Position numbers and translations under genes: made by a program
Assembly (NCBI RefSeq): GCF_009914755.1
Contig: NC_060935.1
From: the human T2T-CHM13v2.0 reference genome, Homo sapiens
DNA: 64,000 nucleotides
Reading direction: 5' to 3' (one strand)
Notes under the pieces: generated by a model
Seen by the model: the letters and a program-made list of their open reading frames with translations, nothing else
Databases searched by the model: none
Told to the model about the DNA's origin: nothing
Shown: one piece after another, positions 30,790 to 43,869 of the stretch
Layout of the letters: each line of letters begins with the position of its first letter
How positions within the stretch are numbered: position 1 is the stretch's first letter

Positions 30790-31185
30790 CACTTCCACCT
30801 CTACAAGCTTCCTTGTCTAGGAGCAAGGCGCAGTCCCACCTCAGGACATTAGCACTGGCTTTTCCTTCTGGCTGGAATGCTCCCCACTCAGAAATCCATG
30901 TGGCTTACCATCTGAGTTACTTCAGATCTCTGCACCAGTGTTACCTGATCACTCTTTACAAAAAAACAACCCTACTCCTGGTGCTCTTTCTTTTTCATCC
31001 CACTTTTCTTCTCCATAGAACTTGTCAGCCAGCTGATAGTCTCTCTGTTTTACTTGTAACTGCATTTGATTATGACCTATCTCTGTCTGATGCAATGTGA
31101 GCTGCCAGAGGGCAGGGCTTTTCATGTCACCAGTGCCTGGCATATAGCAAGCATTTAGTGCATATTTGCATATTTGTTGATTAAA
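30790..31185 (+). mobile_element. L2 3' end
   Basis: 'cctcaggacattagcactggct...ctggaatgctc...gagggcaggg...gtgcctggcatatag'. Confidence 0.7.
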
Positions 31186-31407
31186 TATATCTTAATTTCC
31201 ATTTAAAATGTTAATTTAAAACTTAAAATTTTATTTTTAGAAGCTGTTCTTTGCTAAATGCTTGGGAAATTTTGTTTTTTTTTTTTACAATATCTTTTTC
31301 TTGTTTCATGAATGCAATATATTTTCATGTTTCTTTAAATATATTAATGGTAGATTTTGTTTTTTAATATTTTGTTCTTTCTACATTTTCTCTCTCTCCC
31401 TCTCTCT

Positions 31408-31615
31408 CTTTTTTCTTTGAGACAGGGTATCACTCTGTCACCCAGGCTGGAGTGCAGTAACACGATCATGGTTCTCTGCAGCCTCAACCTCCCAAGCAAA
31501 AGCTATCTTCCCACCTCAGCTTCTCGAGTAGCTAGGACCGCAGGTGTGCACCACCATGCCTGAATAATTTGTTTTTTAAATTTTTTTGTAGAGAAGCGGT
31601 CTCCCTATGTTGCTC
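31408..31615 (-). mobile_element. AluJ, 5'-truncated
   Basis: 'gagacagggtatcactctgtcacccaggctgg...gtagagaagcggtctccctatgttgc'. Confidence 0.88.
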
Positions 31616-32767
31616 CAAATCTCTATCCTGTTTATTTTATTTTTAGTTTATTTATTGGCTACCTTAATCTCTTTGTTGCATGTTAGAGGCTTCCTTACAT
31701 ACTAATGACACCTGCCAGATTACATTTTCTTGAGCGAGACACTAAATTGCAGACTGAAGGTTCTGGGTCTAGGAGTGAAGCAAGGCTTTTGACTGACATG
31801 TGTCAATATGAGGTGACCTGATGGCCAGCTGCCTTTCCCAACAGGGATGCTCCCAGTCAGTACCTGCTAGTCTTTCCTGTTGGTGGTGCTAGCTTTCCAA
31901 GGAAGGCTTCTCTCAACTCCTTCTTGAGAAGTACCAGCATGGCTGATAAACTCTGGAACTGGGCACTGTTCAATCAGAAGACTTGCACTTGGTCTACTTA
32001 TTTTTGGTTCTAGGCCTCAGTATTCCATTTCTATGTGCCTGCCATTCCCTCTAGTTCCTCTGGTTCCATTCTGCCAGGGTTACTAGCTTATTCTCAGTAA
32101 GGAGTGAGTATCTAGGAATCTAACTGCTTCTTAAATAAACTTTAAAACAAATCTCTGCTACACACACAGACACATAACACTTTATCCATAACTTCCTCAA
32201 TGCTTGGAGCTTCCAATTCCATGACTATACAAGTTTGTGGGGTAAATGGTAGTGTTTCCCATTGGCGTCACAGTCTGCAGACACTTTAATTTTCTTCTGT
32301 GCCACAGATTTACTTACCATTCTTCCATTTATCATAGAGTTTCATTGAAGATGTTTGTGTTTTGACTTTTGTTCTCCTTATTTTGGGAGTGATTTTTGAA
32401 TATAGAAAAAAGTGGAAAGATGTCTTCTCTATCATGAAATTGCTTATATTCTACAATTATTTACAATGATACAAAAGGGTTTTTTTGTTTTAGTTTTTTA
32501 ACTAATCAAATCTCTGTCTTGGCTTGATGTGCTGTTTAATTCATTTGGCCTAATAGTTTTTGAGTGGCCAATGTGTGTGAAGCACTGCTTAGACACTAGG
32601 GGAACAGCAGTAAACTAGACAGACATGGCCTCCACTCTCATCTACATTGCGGTGCAATAATTAGACAGACACCAACTTGTAGTTATATGTGTGAGGATTG
32701 TTATGAAAAGAAAAGTTCAGAATGTTGTGCAATCATACTGAAAAGGTATTTAACATCATATAAAGTA

Positions 32768-33308
32768 GAGTAGTCCACTCTTATCCATGGAAGATACATT
32801 CCAAGACCCCAGGGGATGACTAAAATTATAGATAGTACCAAACTCTAATATACTATGATTTTTCCTATATATACATACCTATGGTAAAATTTAATTTTTT
32901 AATTAGGCACAGTAAGAGATTAACAACAATAACTAATATTAAAATAGAACAATTATAACAATATGGCAGCATCACTACTCTTTCACCTTGGGGCCATTAT
33001 TAAGTAAAATAGGGGTTACTTGAACGCAAGCACTGTGAGACCACAACAGTCTATCTGATAACTGAGATGGCTACTATGTGCCTAGTAGGTGGGTAGTGTA
33101 GAAATTGTGGAAATGCAGGACAAAGGGAAGATTCATGTCCCAGATGGCTCAGAACAGGACAGTGAAAGATTTCATCCTGCTACTCAGAACAGTGTGTAAT
33201 TTAAAACTTATGAATTGTTTATTTCTGAAATTTTCTAGGTAGTATTTTTGGACCATGCGGGTACCTGAAAGTGTGGAAAGCAAAACTGCAAATAAGAGAG
33301 AACTACTA
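32768..33308 (-). mobile_element. MER44 (Tigger7-derived), within an L2
   Basis: TIRs gagtagtccactcttatcc and aataagagagaactacta, flanked by TA; internal 'aatttaaaacttatgaattgtttatttctg'. Confidence 0.85.
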
Positions 33309-34262
33309 TATAAGAAATGATGATTAAGCTGGCTCAATAAATTGGGTTTAGAGATTGGAGAATGGGGGTGAGTTGGAGAGAAGAAATAGGCCTTTGACAC
33401 AAAGTAATAGCAAAGGCAAGCCAGCAAGCAGGACAGAGCATAGCATATTCTGGGAGATGAGAGAGGTCTGCCCATACCAGGGCAGGGCAGGCAGCAGTGG
33501 GAAAATGATTCTGGATGAGAATGAGAAATAGGAAGAGACCAGAAAATCTCTTGAGCTATAATAAAAATGTTAGACTTTTGCTGAAAGGCAATGGGAAGTC
33601 ATCTCTCCAATCAAAGATCAGATATTTGATCAAATGTGTTATCTTGTGTATGTACTTATATATATGTTTAATATTTGGATCTTAAACCACAGGGATTGTA
33701 TTTTTTACAGGCTTTGAAAAAAGAGCATATGTTGATTTTCTCATCCAAATAGCAAATTTCCCAATACAGTGTAATACACACTCTATTCTTTCTTTGTTAA
33801 TGTATGATGCCTCCTTTATCACACATGAAGTTGTTATATAAATTAGACACTGAATTACTCATTCTGTTTTATTTATCTATTCAACTATTCTTGCAGTAAT
33901 ATCATAAGTTGTAAATTGTTTTGGCTCTGTAATATTTCTTCATACGGATAGAACAAGTTTCTCTTCTGTTCAGCTTTGAATTGAATTATAAAATCCTGAT
34001 TTGGATGTGCATATATGTATATATATATGAATTTTCATTCTGTTACCAGAAGACCTTCAGTGCACATACAAAGTGAAATTCTGTCACAGTCAGTTCCATT
34101 GCAAAAAAATATAGAAACCAATACATGTCAAAGAATCATCTTTTTGGATGGTAACAATAGCAAACACCTATTCAATACTTCCCATTGTGCCCCAGTACCT
34201 AATACTGTGATTGAATTTCAGTGGCAATAAGTAAACACTTATTGATGGAATTAACTGTTTAC

Positions 34263-34526
34263 CTTTATCTAAGCTGTACCAGAAGGATGAGAAGATGATG
34301 ATGTCAGTCAAGATCAGGTATAATGAACAGCAAGAACAAATAAAATTTAACATCTTCTACACAATATTACCATGCATAGAATTGATTGGCCTAACTCCAG
34401 CAATTCTGACCCCAGTCTCATCTCCATGTTTTTGGTGGAAGTTAAGAAATGAGCGTCATCCACAGAAAGAGAAAGGATTGGAGAAGCTTCTTAGGGTCAA
34501 CATTTATGTGTTCCTAACAGCCAAAC
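34263..34526 (-). pseudogene. Candidate exon of the decayed minus-strand gene
   Basis: Strong acceptor ctccttttgcttttcag|, donor AAG|gtaaac; 264 nt; partial frame GDETGVRIAGVRPINS. Confidence 0.4.
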
Positions 34527-37268
34527 CTGAAAAGCAAAAGGAGACTTCATGTTGTGACAGTTCAGTTCTGGCCAACACTGGGAATGTCCTGTGATTGGCA
34601 GCTGCAGACAGAGTTTATCTAAGTTTAAATCCTAGGTAATGTTACACCCTTCATGAATCTCTGGTGCCCTACACAGCTGTGACCCACAGTGAGAAAGGAA
34701 CATATTATCTTCAGTTTAGATGTGTGAGTTACATTAGTTTCAGTGGTTTTTTACAAAACTTCCATTGCCTCGCAATCACAGCCACTTTATCCCCTCTTCA
34801 GAGCCCACCATTGTCCTATTAAAGCCAATTATCAGTTTCGATATCACAGGAAATCTCCATCAGCTCAATAAATATTTGAGGGGAAATTCAAAGATGGCAT
34901 CACATTTATTTATTTCTAAGAATATTTTTCTATTCAGTTCAGACCAGAAATCAAATTTATGGATAAGGGGAAATTACTATATGAAAGTTAATTTCATCTG
35001 TCTTCCTGTTTTTGATTTTTATTAATATGGCTAGTAGAAAATTTAAAATTACACATGTAGCTCCAGAGATGACAAGTATGAGTACAGAGATGCCCTCCAA
35101 GTTGCCTTGCAGCCCAGGGAAGGAGATGGGGCTGTACAATGCAGTACAATCCAGGACAGTATGTGATCATTTCCAAAGGAAGTGCATAAATACAGTTATT
35201 TAAGAGTTATCAAGAGACACGAATTCCTTCTGACTAGGATAATTAGATATTTCTACTGGCTTGGTTACAACTAAATTTTCACAGAATTCCAAATCTAAGT
35301 ATTTTCTGTAACCTGCATGTTATCATAGAAATATGACGAAGCCCCAGTGCCCACAGGAAAATCTCTGATTATGAATTCTGAGACCCAATCAGTTACCTGC
35401 ATAGAGACTGAGAACCAAATGGGCTCACAAAACTCATGGCAACTCCAGAACTCAGTTAGTCTAGATCTGCTAACAAATAGCAGATTTCCTTTATCTGGCA
35501 AATATTTCATAAATGACTACCAAATACTGAGACTAAGATCTTAGATTACAATGATAGCTAACTTACTGGGTCATTTTTCCTTCTTTACCCATACATTACT
35601 AAAAATAGTTAAGCAGGGAATTGACCCAAAGGTTGACAGTTGGGTATATGAGGGAAAGCAAGGGCCCTGAGAAGACCACAAATTAGCAAGTAGCCTCCGA
35701 ATAATCAGAATTAATTACATCAACATAGCCTCATTGGGACTCCACTGGATTTTCATTTCTGATTCAGTTTAAGAATTTAAATCTATTTTATGAACCAGCA
35801 GGATGTTTTGAAAGATAAACAAAGCTGTCTGCAGTTTGAATTTCTCCTGACTTTGTCTAGCTCCAATTTCATATTTACCTCATTCTCTCAATTGTTATGG
35901 ACTACTTACTCTTTGACAACTCAAAGAACCAGATGTGTTTCAAACCAAGAGGCCAAATTCTTCTCCTGAGAATTCTCTTCCCCGGGAATTTCTATAAAAG
36001 GTGCTATAAAAAGTGAATCTTCCTGGCAGCATTTTGAAGGCGAGCTCTTTGCTCTGCATGGCATCAAGTTACCTGGAGGCTGTTCAGCATTTATGGTTCC
36101 GGAGCTATAACTTTCAAATGCAAATGTGATACAAGCAAGACCACTTGAGACATGAGAACATATTGAGATGTCATTGTAATTACACAGGACTCAGACCTGG
36201 CCAGCAGGCCAGGACTACGTACGTGCAGGGGTGATTTGCTTCAAGCCAGTTCTTCTTTCTCCTCAACTCCCAGAGGCCCAGCCAAGATACAGACAAACCA
36301 ATATGCTATGAGAGCCGTTCTGGAATTGTAAACACTGACAACAAACTTCCCAGTGGATAAGGCAGCATTGAGTCTCTAACCACATGCCAGACATGCTGTT
36401 AACTTCAGTTCTTACAGCAGTGATCATTTAAAATTATTAATTTCCATTTACAAAATCAGAAGCGGAGGCACAGAATGACCAGGAACTCACATAGTGATTA
36501 GCAACTAGTATCAGAACCAGATGAGTTAAGTCACTTGCCCATAATGAAGCAAGGATTCAAAGACAGGGTTATTTGAATCCACATCCTAGTTCTCAAATTC
36601 CATGACACACTTCCTACCATAGAATATTTTATTTTAACAATGTATAATGCATCTTCTCCATCATCCTTCAAAGTATTTGATATAATTGGGCAAATCAAGC
36701 CATGATTAGTAACCATGTTTTCTCCTCTGTAAAATGAGTTAATGGTAACAGTATCACCATAACATCTGGTTATTAAGGGGTGATATGGGGTGCTTTGTAA
36801 AAGTCATGTTTTACTTTGTCTAATGACTGCCCACTTCATTCCACAGAGGATTTGAAATGACTTGGCCCAGTAAATAACTCCTCTAGACATCCATTTATTC
36901 CTCAACAAATGAGGATAATAACATCAGCCATGTGCTGATTGGGGTTGAATCCAAGCAGCCTGGGGTTGCTGGAGTGAAAGGGTGGATCTGCAAACACTAT
37001 TTATTGCTAGGTGCTATAACAATGTGACTTTGCAAGTACGAGAGCAAAAGAAGAGTTACAGAATCCAGGACCTTGTTATGTTTTGTTTTTTCTCTTAACC
37101 CATATAAGGGTATAGTGAAAGGAAACAAAACACTTCATTTTCTTGTTTCTTTCTGTTCCCCACAAACTTGGGACCTGCTTATTTTAATTAAGCCATCATG
37201 TTCCTAGTACTCACAGCTTCAAGGGTCCAAGGAAAGATGGCAGTGGCCCTCATCCCAGAACTTGCTAC

Positions 37269-37356
37269 CTGGGAGAATGTTTCTGGAAAGGAGTGCTCCG
37301 CTTTTGGGGATACTTAATAGTACTCTCCAAGGTATCATTTTCTGGACAGCTCCATT
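37269..37356 (-). pseudogene. Candidate exon of the decayed minus-strand gene
   Basis: Branch-like ctgac plus acceptor ctttcttgcag|, donor CAG|gtagca; 88 nt. Confidence 0.35.
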
Positions 37357-38499
37357 CTGCAAGAAAGGTCAGAGGGCAAAATGAAGCCCTCACAGGTAAA
37401 TATTGAACCAGGTGTTTAAACACCACCAGACACCATACACAAATAGCAGCTGCTAGAGGGAATGTGAATATCTCATCACCTGGCAACAACTCTGATTAAG
37501 GTTTCTTCATGAGAGATCATAGGAGAAGGAAAATCAAGCATCCATGGTGTGTGGCCAGGCCTCTATGTACTCACACATCAAACTTTCCTGAGCAAGGCAA
37601 AAGGGATTACTCAGGCACTTAACAGTAACGGAAAAACCATGCAAAGGAAAGTGTGGTTCTTCTGAAAGAGGAGGTGGCAATGGAGTTAGCCTAGATTCTT
37701 TTCCTGCAATTCTAATCTTCGTGTAATTGTTCTATGGTCCACAGATGTCATCTGGGGAATATTTTACAGATATGTCTCAGACTTTTATGAAGTGTAAGCC
37801 AGTGTCACATATATAGAGAAGGGAGGAGGAGGGAATTAGCATTTATCATCTGCTGTGTGCCATGTCATGTGCTGGCTGGTTAGTTCTCATTATCTCATTT
37901 GATTCTCACAAGAGCCTCACAATTACTCCCAATTTACAAAGCAAGAAATTGAGACTCAGAGTTATGCTCAGTTTATGTAACTAGTAAATGATCAACCCAG
38001 AATTCAAATTAAAATTTATGTTATTCAAAAACCATATTTTTCTAATTTACCATGATCCAACGTGTCTCAGTAGTGGCTATTACTAATTGAACTTTCCCAG
38101 TTCTCACTCATCTGTCATGAAATACACGATGCTGGAACTAGACTCAGCACTTGAACTAAAACCTAGTAAGCCGTGAGTTCTGGTCCCCTAAAGGTTTCCA
38201 CTGGTGCAATTCAAGTCTCTATTTACTCTATTTTATTTATTTGTACCCAAATAAAGGTTCAAGTAGAAGTTCTTATTCATAAGCTTTACATGGACACAGA
38301 AGACTAGTACTTGAATGGGTTGTTGAAAGCTAATAGCCAAAATCTCCTAATTTTACAAATTAGAAAACTGAGATACTGAAGAGTTGAGCATTTGCTTAAA
38401 TTCACACAGTTCGTACTGAAGCCAAGAAGAGAGCCCAAGCCTGTGTCTGTCTCAGGTTATCCAAAAATTGTGGATCTTGTCATCTAAGAGTCATATAAA

Positions 38500-38862
38500 T
38501 TATTTATTTATTTATTTATTTTTTATTGTTATTATTTTTTTTTGAGACAGAGTCTCTCTCTGTTGCCCAGGCTGCAGTGCAGTGGCACCATCTCGGCTCA
38601 CTCTAACCTCTGTCTCCCAGATTGAAGGGATTCTTCTGCCTCAGCCTCCCAAGTAGCTGGCATTACAGGTGTACATGACCATGCTAGGCCAATTTTTGTA
38701 TTTTTAGTAGAGACAGGGTTTTGCAATATTGACCAGGCTGGTCTTGAACTCCTGACCTCAGGTGATCCACCCGCCTCAGCCTCCCAGAGTGCTGGGAGGA
38801 TGGATGTTGATATAGTTCTTCATCCCAGAACCTACTACAGGCATGAGTCATTGCCCTGGGCC
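38500..38862 (-). mobile_element. AluSx/Sz with 38-bp foreign insertion
   Basis: (TTTA)n tail, 'cctgacctcaggtgatcc'. Confidence 0.93.
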
Positions 38863-38904
38863 AGAAATAAGTCTTAAATATGTGTTACATATAGGTGTAG
38901 GGGC

Positions 38905-38918
38905 GTGTGTGTGTGTGT

Positions 38919-38950
<32 letters not shown>
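38905..38950 (+). repeat. (GT)n microsatellite
   Basis: ~23 units with one interruption. Confidence 0.95.
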
Positions 38951-38955
<5 letters not shown>

Positions 38956-39370
38956 CAATCAGATAATGTTGTTTATTGTTCCCATCTAAAGGGATGACAA
39001 GATGAAGCAAGCACTTACAATAGTAGAGAAAGGCCTAGAATGTAAAGACAAGGAATATGAATTCATTGCTCAGCTTTGCTTTCTTTGTGACCTTGAACGA
39101 CTTATTCAGTCTCTCAAAACTTTGGTTTTCTTACCTATACAATGGAAATGTTAATCCCTACCTTAAAAACTTTAAGGATTTAACAAATAACAGGCAAAAT
39201 ACCTGGCACAGACTGACATACACTAGCCATGCAATAAGAATTAATCTTGTCCCCATACTTCTTACAAATTATAAAAATAAAAGAACAAAAAACAGTAATG
39301 GCACTGCCACAGTGATTCTTAACTCATTTTTTGGGACATATTTAAATTCTAGAATTACGGGTACAGACTT

Positions 39371-39373
<3 letters not shown>

Positions 39374-39401
<28 letters not shown>
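39374..39401 (+). repeat. (AAC)n microsatellite
   Basis: Direct reading. Confidence 0.9.
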
Positions 39402-40535
39402 GAGACTCAGCACAAAGTTAGACCTGTAAGCAAAAACTGCAACCCAATCACTACAATAGCATAAAAATGCCACATTAAATCATCCACAGTTGTCACATTA
39501 CTTATTCACACTGTCATCTGCACATCAGCATCATGTCTATGTGTAAGTAAAACTGTTCACTGCTCTGTGCTCATCCCACACTCACAAGGCCGAGGTCCCA
39601 CCTGATGCAATCAGTGCCACTCTTCCTTTGGTACCAGTTTGGTATCTAACTGTGCCTCTTCTTTCTTGCAACACATTGCACCCAACCCTATACCATGTCC
39701 TAAACCAATATCCATATCCCTAAAACTATATATATATATATAGAGAGAGAGAGAGAATTATATATATTCAGTTGTAGCAAAAACAAACACGCATTAGTTA
39801 AAATGCAGCAGTGCACCCATGAAAGCAACCAGGTACATGACTATGACCAAAGCCCTTGCATTTAGGTAATCTGCAAGCTCAGCCTGCTGCTGGGCTCCAG
39901 ACAGCTCAAGAGTGAGAAGTCTTTTGTATCCCTGATGTTCCCCTTGAAATCTTAAAGTCTGAGTCCTAGCTACCCAAGCTGGAATACAGGAAACGCATCT
40001 CTTCCTCCCTTCCTACTTCCTTTTGGAGTGAGGGAGAATCTGTTGTATGATTAAATAAACATTCCAAAGACAAAGTTTTTTAAGGACATATTTTAGAATT
40101 AAGGTTTAAGATTTGTTTACGATTATTATTATATGGATTATATCTCCAATTGACACTGCCTTCTTTAATCAGAATCTCTGCATTTGACTCAGAAAGTGGC
40201 AGGCCACTCTTTGCATTCTAGGACATTAGTTCAAATCTGTCAGTGCTGATAATGACAAGCAATTGTCTCCAACCGTGTGTGCTCTGTCTGTTGGTTTTAA
40301 TTGAGTGTATGTTGAACAAATATTCATTGTCACTAAGCTAATTCTGCTCAAGCTTTCTGAGACTTTCAGCAGGGGGAATAGAGATAAAAAGAAAAACAGG
40401 TAGAGGGAGAAAGGGAGAGAGAGAGGGAGGGAAGGAGGTGGAGAAAATGAAGGAAGGAGGGAAGAAAGGAAAAAATTAAGTTCTTCTCACATGCCAAGAC
40501 CCACAAAATGTTGGATGTCATCAGGAAAGATATTA

Positions 40536-40910
<375 letters not shown>

Positions 40911-41826
40911 TCACTTTATAGGGATCTTGTTAGTCCCCCAGCTCTGCATCACCTGTGCCCACCAACCTGAGGGCATTGGGGTCCACCTTCAGAACCTCCC
41001 TTCTGGGAATTTAGCATTAAGGCAAATCACTGTAAATACTCTCATCTTATATCTTAGTTATAGAGTTTATTTCTTCTTTCTATGATTAAGTTCCACCCTT
41101 GTCTTCTAAACCTAGAATTGAGATTCATATTATTTTTCATGATTAAGCCCCTGCCCCTGCCTTACTGTCACCCAATATGTCATTTATTTCAAGAACACAA
41201 TTGAGTCATTATGAACTAAGCATCAAGTAAACTAAATTTTCATACTTTATTTTAATCCTTACAAAATTCATTCATACAGGTGTAATTATCCCCATGTTAT
41301 AAATAAGGAAACTGAGATGTAGAGTGGTAACTCACCTAAGGTCATGCCACAGCAATTAGTAAAATGAATTTTAATATAGTTTTTTACCCCAGAACCAATT
41401 CTTTTAAAACAAACTAAACACTACACAGGAGTGTTCAGTGTTTAGATTTTTTTAACACTAAATACTCCTGAATTCTTGCCTTTCAGGTATTCATAATCTA
41501 GCAGTGTATGGAGACAAGAAAATTAATAGCATTGGAACATGATGACAGAAGCAAGTAAACAATGTTACATTAGCAGAGGAGAAAACAGTTTATTCTTCCT
41601 GAGGCTTATCTGTATAAAGAGAAAGAGGAAGTGTGGGGATGGGCTTTCAGAAAAATGAAAATGCATGAATGGCCAGTAGTAGCTTATAGTCAGAAATAAG
41701 GTGTTTGGTAGGAATATGGCAATAGAAAAAACTAAAATATTGTTAGAGATTGATTAGAGAAGAATTTGAATGCAAACTAGTAAGTTAGGACATTGCCTTT
41801 GGACAAGTATGCTTTCAATAAAATTT

Positions 41827-41861
41827 TTATTAGCACCATGCTCTAACCAACTGAGCTAACC
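41827..41861 (-). pseudogene. 5' half of tRNA-Ile(AAT) retropseudogene
   Basis: Reverse complement GGTTAGCTCAGTTGGTTAGAGCATGGTGCTAATAA matches the tRNA-Ile-AAT D-arm through the anticodon loop, with one mismatch. Confidence 0.85.
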
Positions 41862-41862
41862 T

Positions 41863-41950
41863 GCATGGCACATGTATACATATGTAACTAACCTGCACAT
41901 TGTGCACATGTACCCTAAAACTTAAAGTATAATAATAATTTAAAAAAAAA
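41863..41950 (+). mobile_element. Young L1PA (PA2-PA3-like) terminal ~90 bp
   Basis: gcatggcacatgtatacatatgtaactaacctgcacattgtgcacatgtaccctaaaacttaaagtataataa plus A tail. Confidence 0.92.
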
Positions 41951-42218
41951 CCTTAGCAGAAAAAAAGAGTTTTATTTTCCCAAGTTTGAAAAATGGATGA
42001 GAGCAGAGAGAAGCAGAAGCAGAGAGGATTTATAGTCCAGACTGAGATGATAAAAAGCCTGATCCAGGTTTGTATGGCATGGCAGAAACAGCTAAGAAGT
42101 AGGATTTAACGTCCTATTATTGGTAGCCAGTCAGGTTATGAGGATTGAGAGTAAATAATTACTTGAAGATTCCAGTTCAGGGAACGGTTCCAGAAATCTC
42201 ACTGTCTTCCAACCAAGG

Positions 42219-42667
42219 TGTATGACACCATTCTTGCACTGCTATAAAGAAATATGTGAGACTGGGTAATTTATATGAAAAGAGGTTTCATTGGCTCAGA
42301 GTTCTGCAGGCTGTATAGGAAACATAGTGGCATCTGCTTCTGGAGTGGTCTCAGGAAGCTTCCAATCATGGCATAAGGCAAAGCAGGAGCGGGACATCAC
42401 ATGGCTAGAACAGAAGTAAGAGCCAGTGAGTCAGGGCAGTGGGGTGGGGTGGTGGGGGCGGGAGGGAGTGCTGCCATACACTTTTAAACGACCAGATCTC
42501 ATGTGAACTCAGAGCGAGAGTTCACTTATCACCAAGGAGATGACCCAAGCCATTCATGAGGGATCCACCCCCATGATCCAAACACCTTCTACCAGGTCCC
42601 ACCTCCAATTTGGGGGCTTACATTTCAACATGAAACTTAGGTAGGGACAAATATCAAAACTATATCA
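42219..42667 (-). mobile_element. MSTA solo LTR
   Basis: TG...CA ends; TSD caagg/taagg. Confidence 0.9.
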
Positions 42668-42781
42668 TAAGGGATACATCTTGAAGCATTAAAAAGGTAA
42701 AATTAGAATAATATGAACAAGTACTGAATAGTCACATAATATGCTCATGATATGTATAAGCTTGTGAGCAGATAGTCTAAA

Positions 42782-43033
42782 ACAATGCTTCTAAAATTTT
42801 AATGTGAATTCAAATAACCCAGAAATCTCATTAAAATGCATATTCTCAGTAAACCCCATCTCTATCGAAAATATAAAAAATTAGCCGGGCATGGTGGCAC
42901 ATGCCTGTAGTCCCAGCTACTGGAGAGGCTGAGGCAGGAGAATCGCTTGAACCTGAAGACCAAGAACCTGCATGTATAACAAGCTCCCAATGATGTTGAT
43001 GCTAGTGCTGGTCCATAGACCACATTTTCAGTA
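42782..43033. mobile_element. MER5A containing an internal Alu fragment (42851-42955)
   Basis: MER5A motifs 'ttaaaatgca.attct' and 'taacaagctccca.tgatg...ggtccatagaccaca' flank Alu middle sequence. Confidence 0.8.
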
Positions 43034-43046
43034 TAAAATACAAAAA

Positions 43047-43180
43047 TGACCAGGTGCAGTGGGTCATGCCTGTAATCCTAGCACTTTGGGAGGCCAAGGC
43101 AGGAGGATTCCTTGAGCCCAGGAGTTCCACACGAGCCTGGGGAACACAGTGAGACCGTCTCTATGAAAAATAAAAATTAA
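43047..43180 (+). mobile_element. FLAM_C Alu monomer
   Basis: Monomer with 14-bp TSD ataaaatacaaaaa (43033-43046, 43181-43194). Confidence 0.9.
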
Positions 43181-43869
43181 ATAAAATACAAAAAAAGGAG
43201 ATCTTTAAGACACTCTTAGACAGATAATAACTGTTTAATAGGTCAATAAAAAAACTGGCAATGGAGGATTTGGGGGTGTGAAAGGGGATAGAATAAATGT
43301 TTTAATTTTTTTTAGAGTGCTGCTTGGAGGCTAGCCATGCCTTCCACAAAGTGTCCTTGGTGTTGCTTGTAAAAGCCACATGAACCTAGGATGTCTTTGC
43401 AGCTCTTCCTGGGAGGTCTTTTCAATGCGCTAGATAGAAAAAATGAGCCCCATGTAACTGCAGAGTTTCTTCCATCACAGCCAAGAATGTTCACCTTCTA
43501 TAGAGTAAAGAGTCCCTTGGCTTTTTCCTTTGCTAAAACTTAAAGACTCATACTAGAGATGGGGATGAAAACATTTAGCAGTTAGCTCCCTTAAAGAATG
43601 TTGAAAATATACACCAGAGATCTTCATCCAAAAGTAAATAATTACTGTTTGGTGAGTGTTTAGAATACTGATTGGAACATACTTAAATCCTGTTAGCTCT
43701 CTTCTTACCAACAACTGCCTGCCTATCTTAACTTGCAGGTGCTGTTGCTGTTGTTTGCTTGTTTGTTATTTTAATCTGGTTGCACATTAAAGGTATCCAA
43801 AAAAATTATTTTTTAAGAAATGTATGCTTTCACACACTAAATATACTGTTGTTTCTACAAAATTAAGGC

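Noticed and set aside
34263-34526. Tudor/SN-fold or second PDZ reading of VRIAGVRP
   Set aside because: Needs several assumed frameshifts; too weak to call a domain.
41827-41861. Functional tRNA-Ile gene
   Set aside because: Only the 5' half; no T-arm, B box or 3' acceptor stem.
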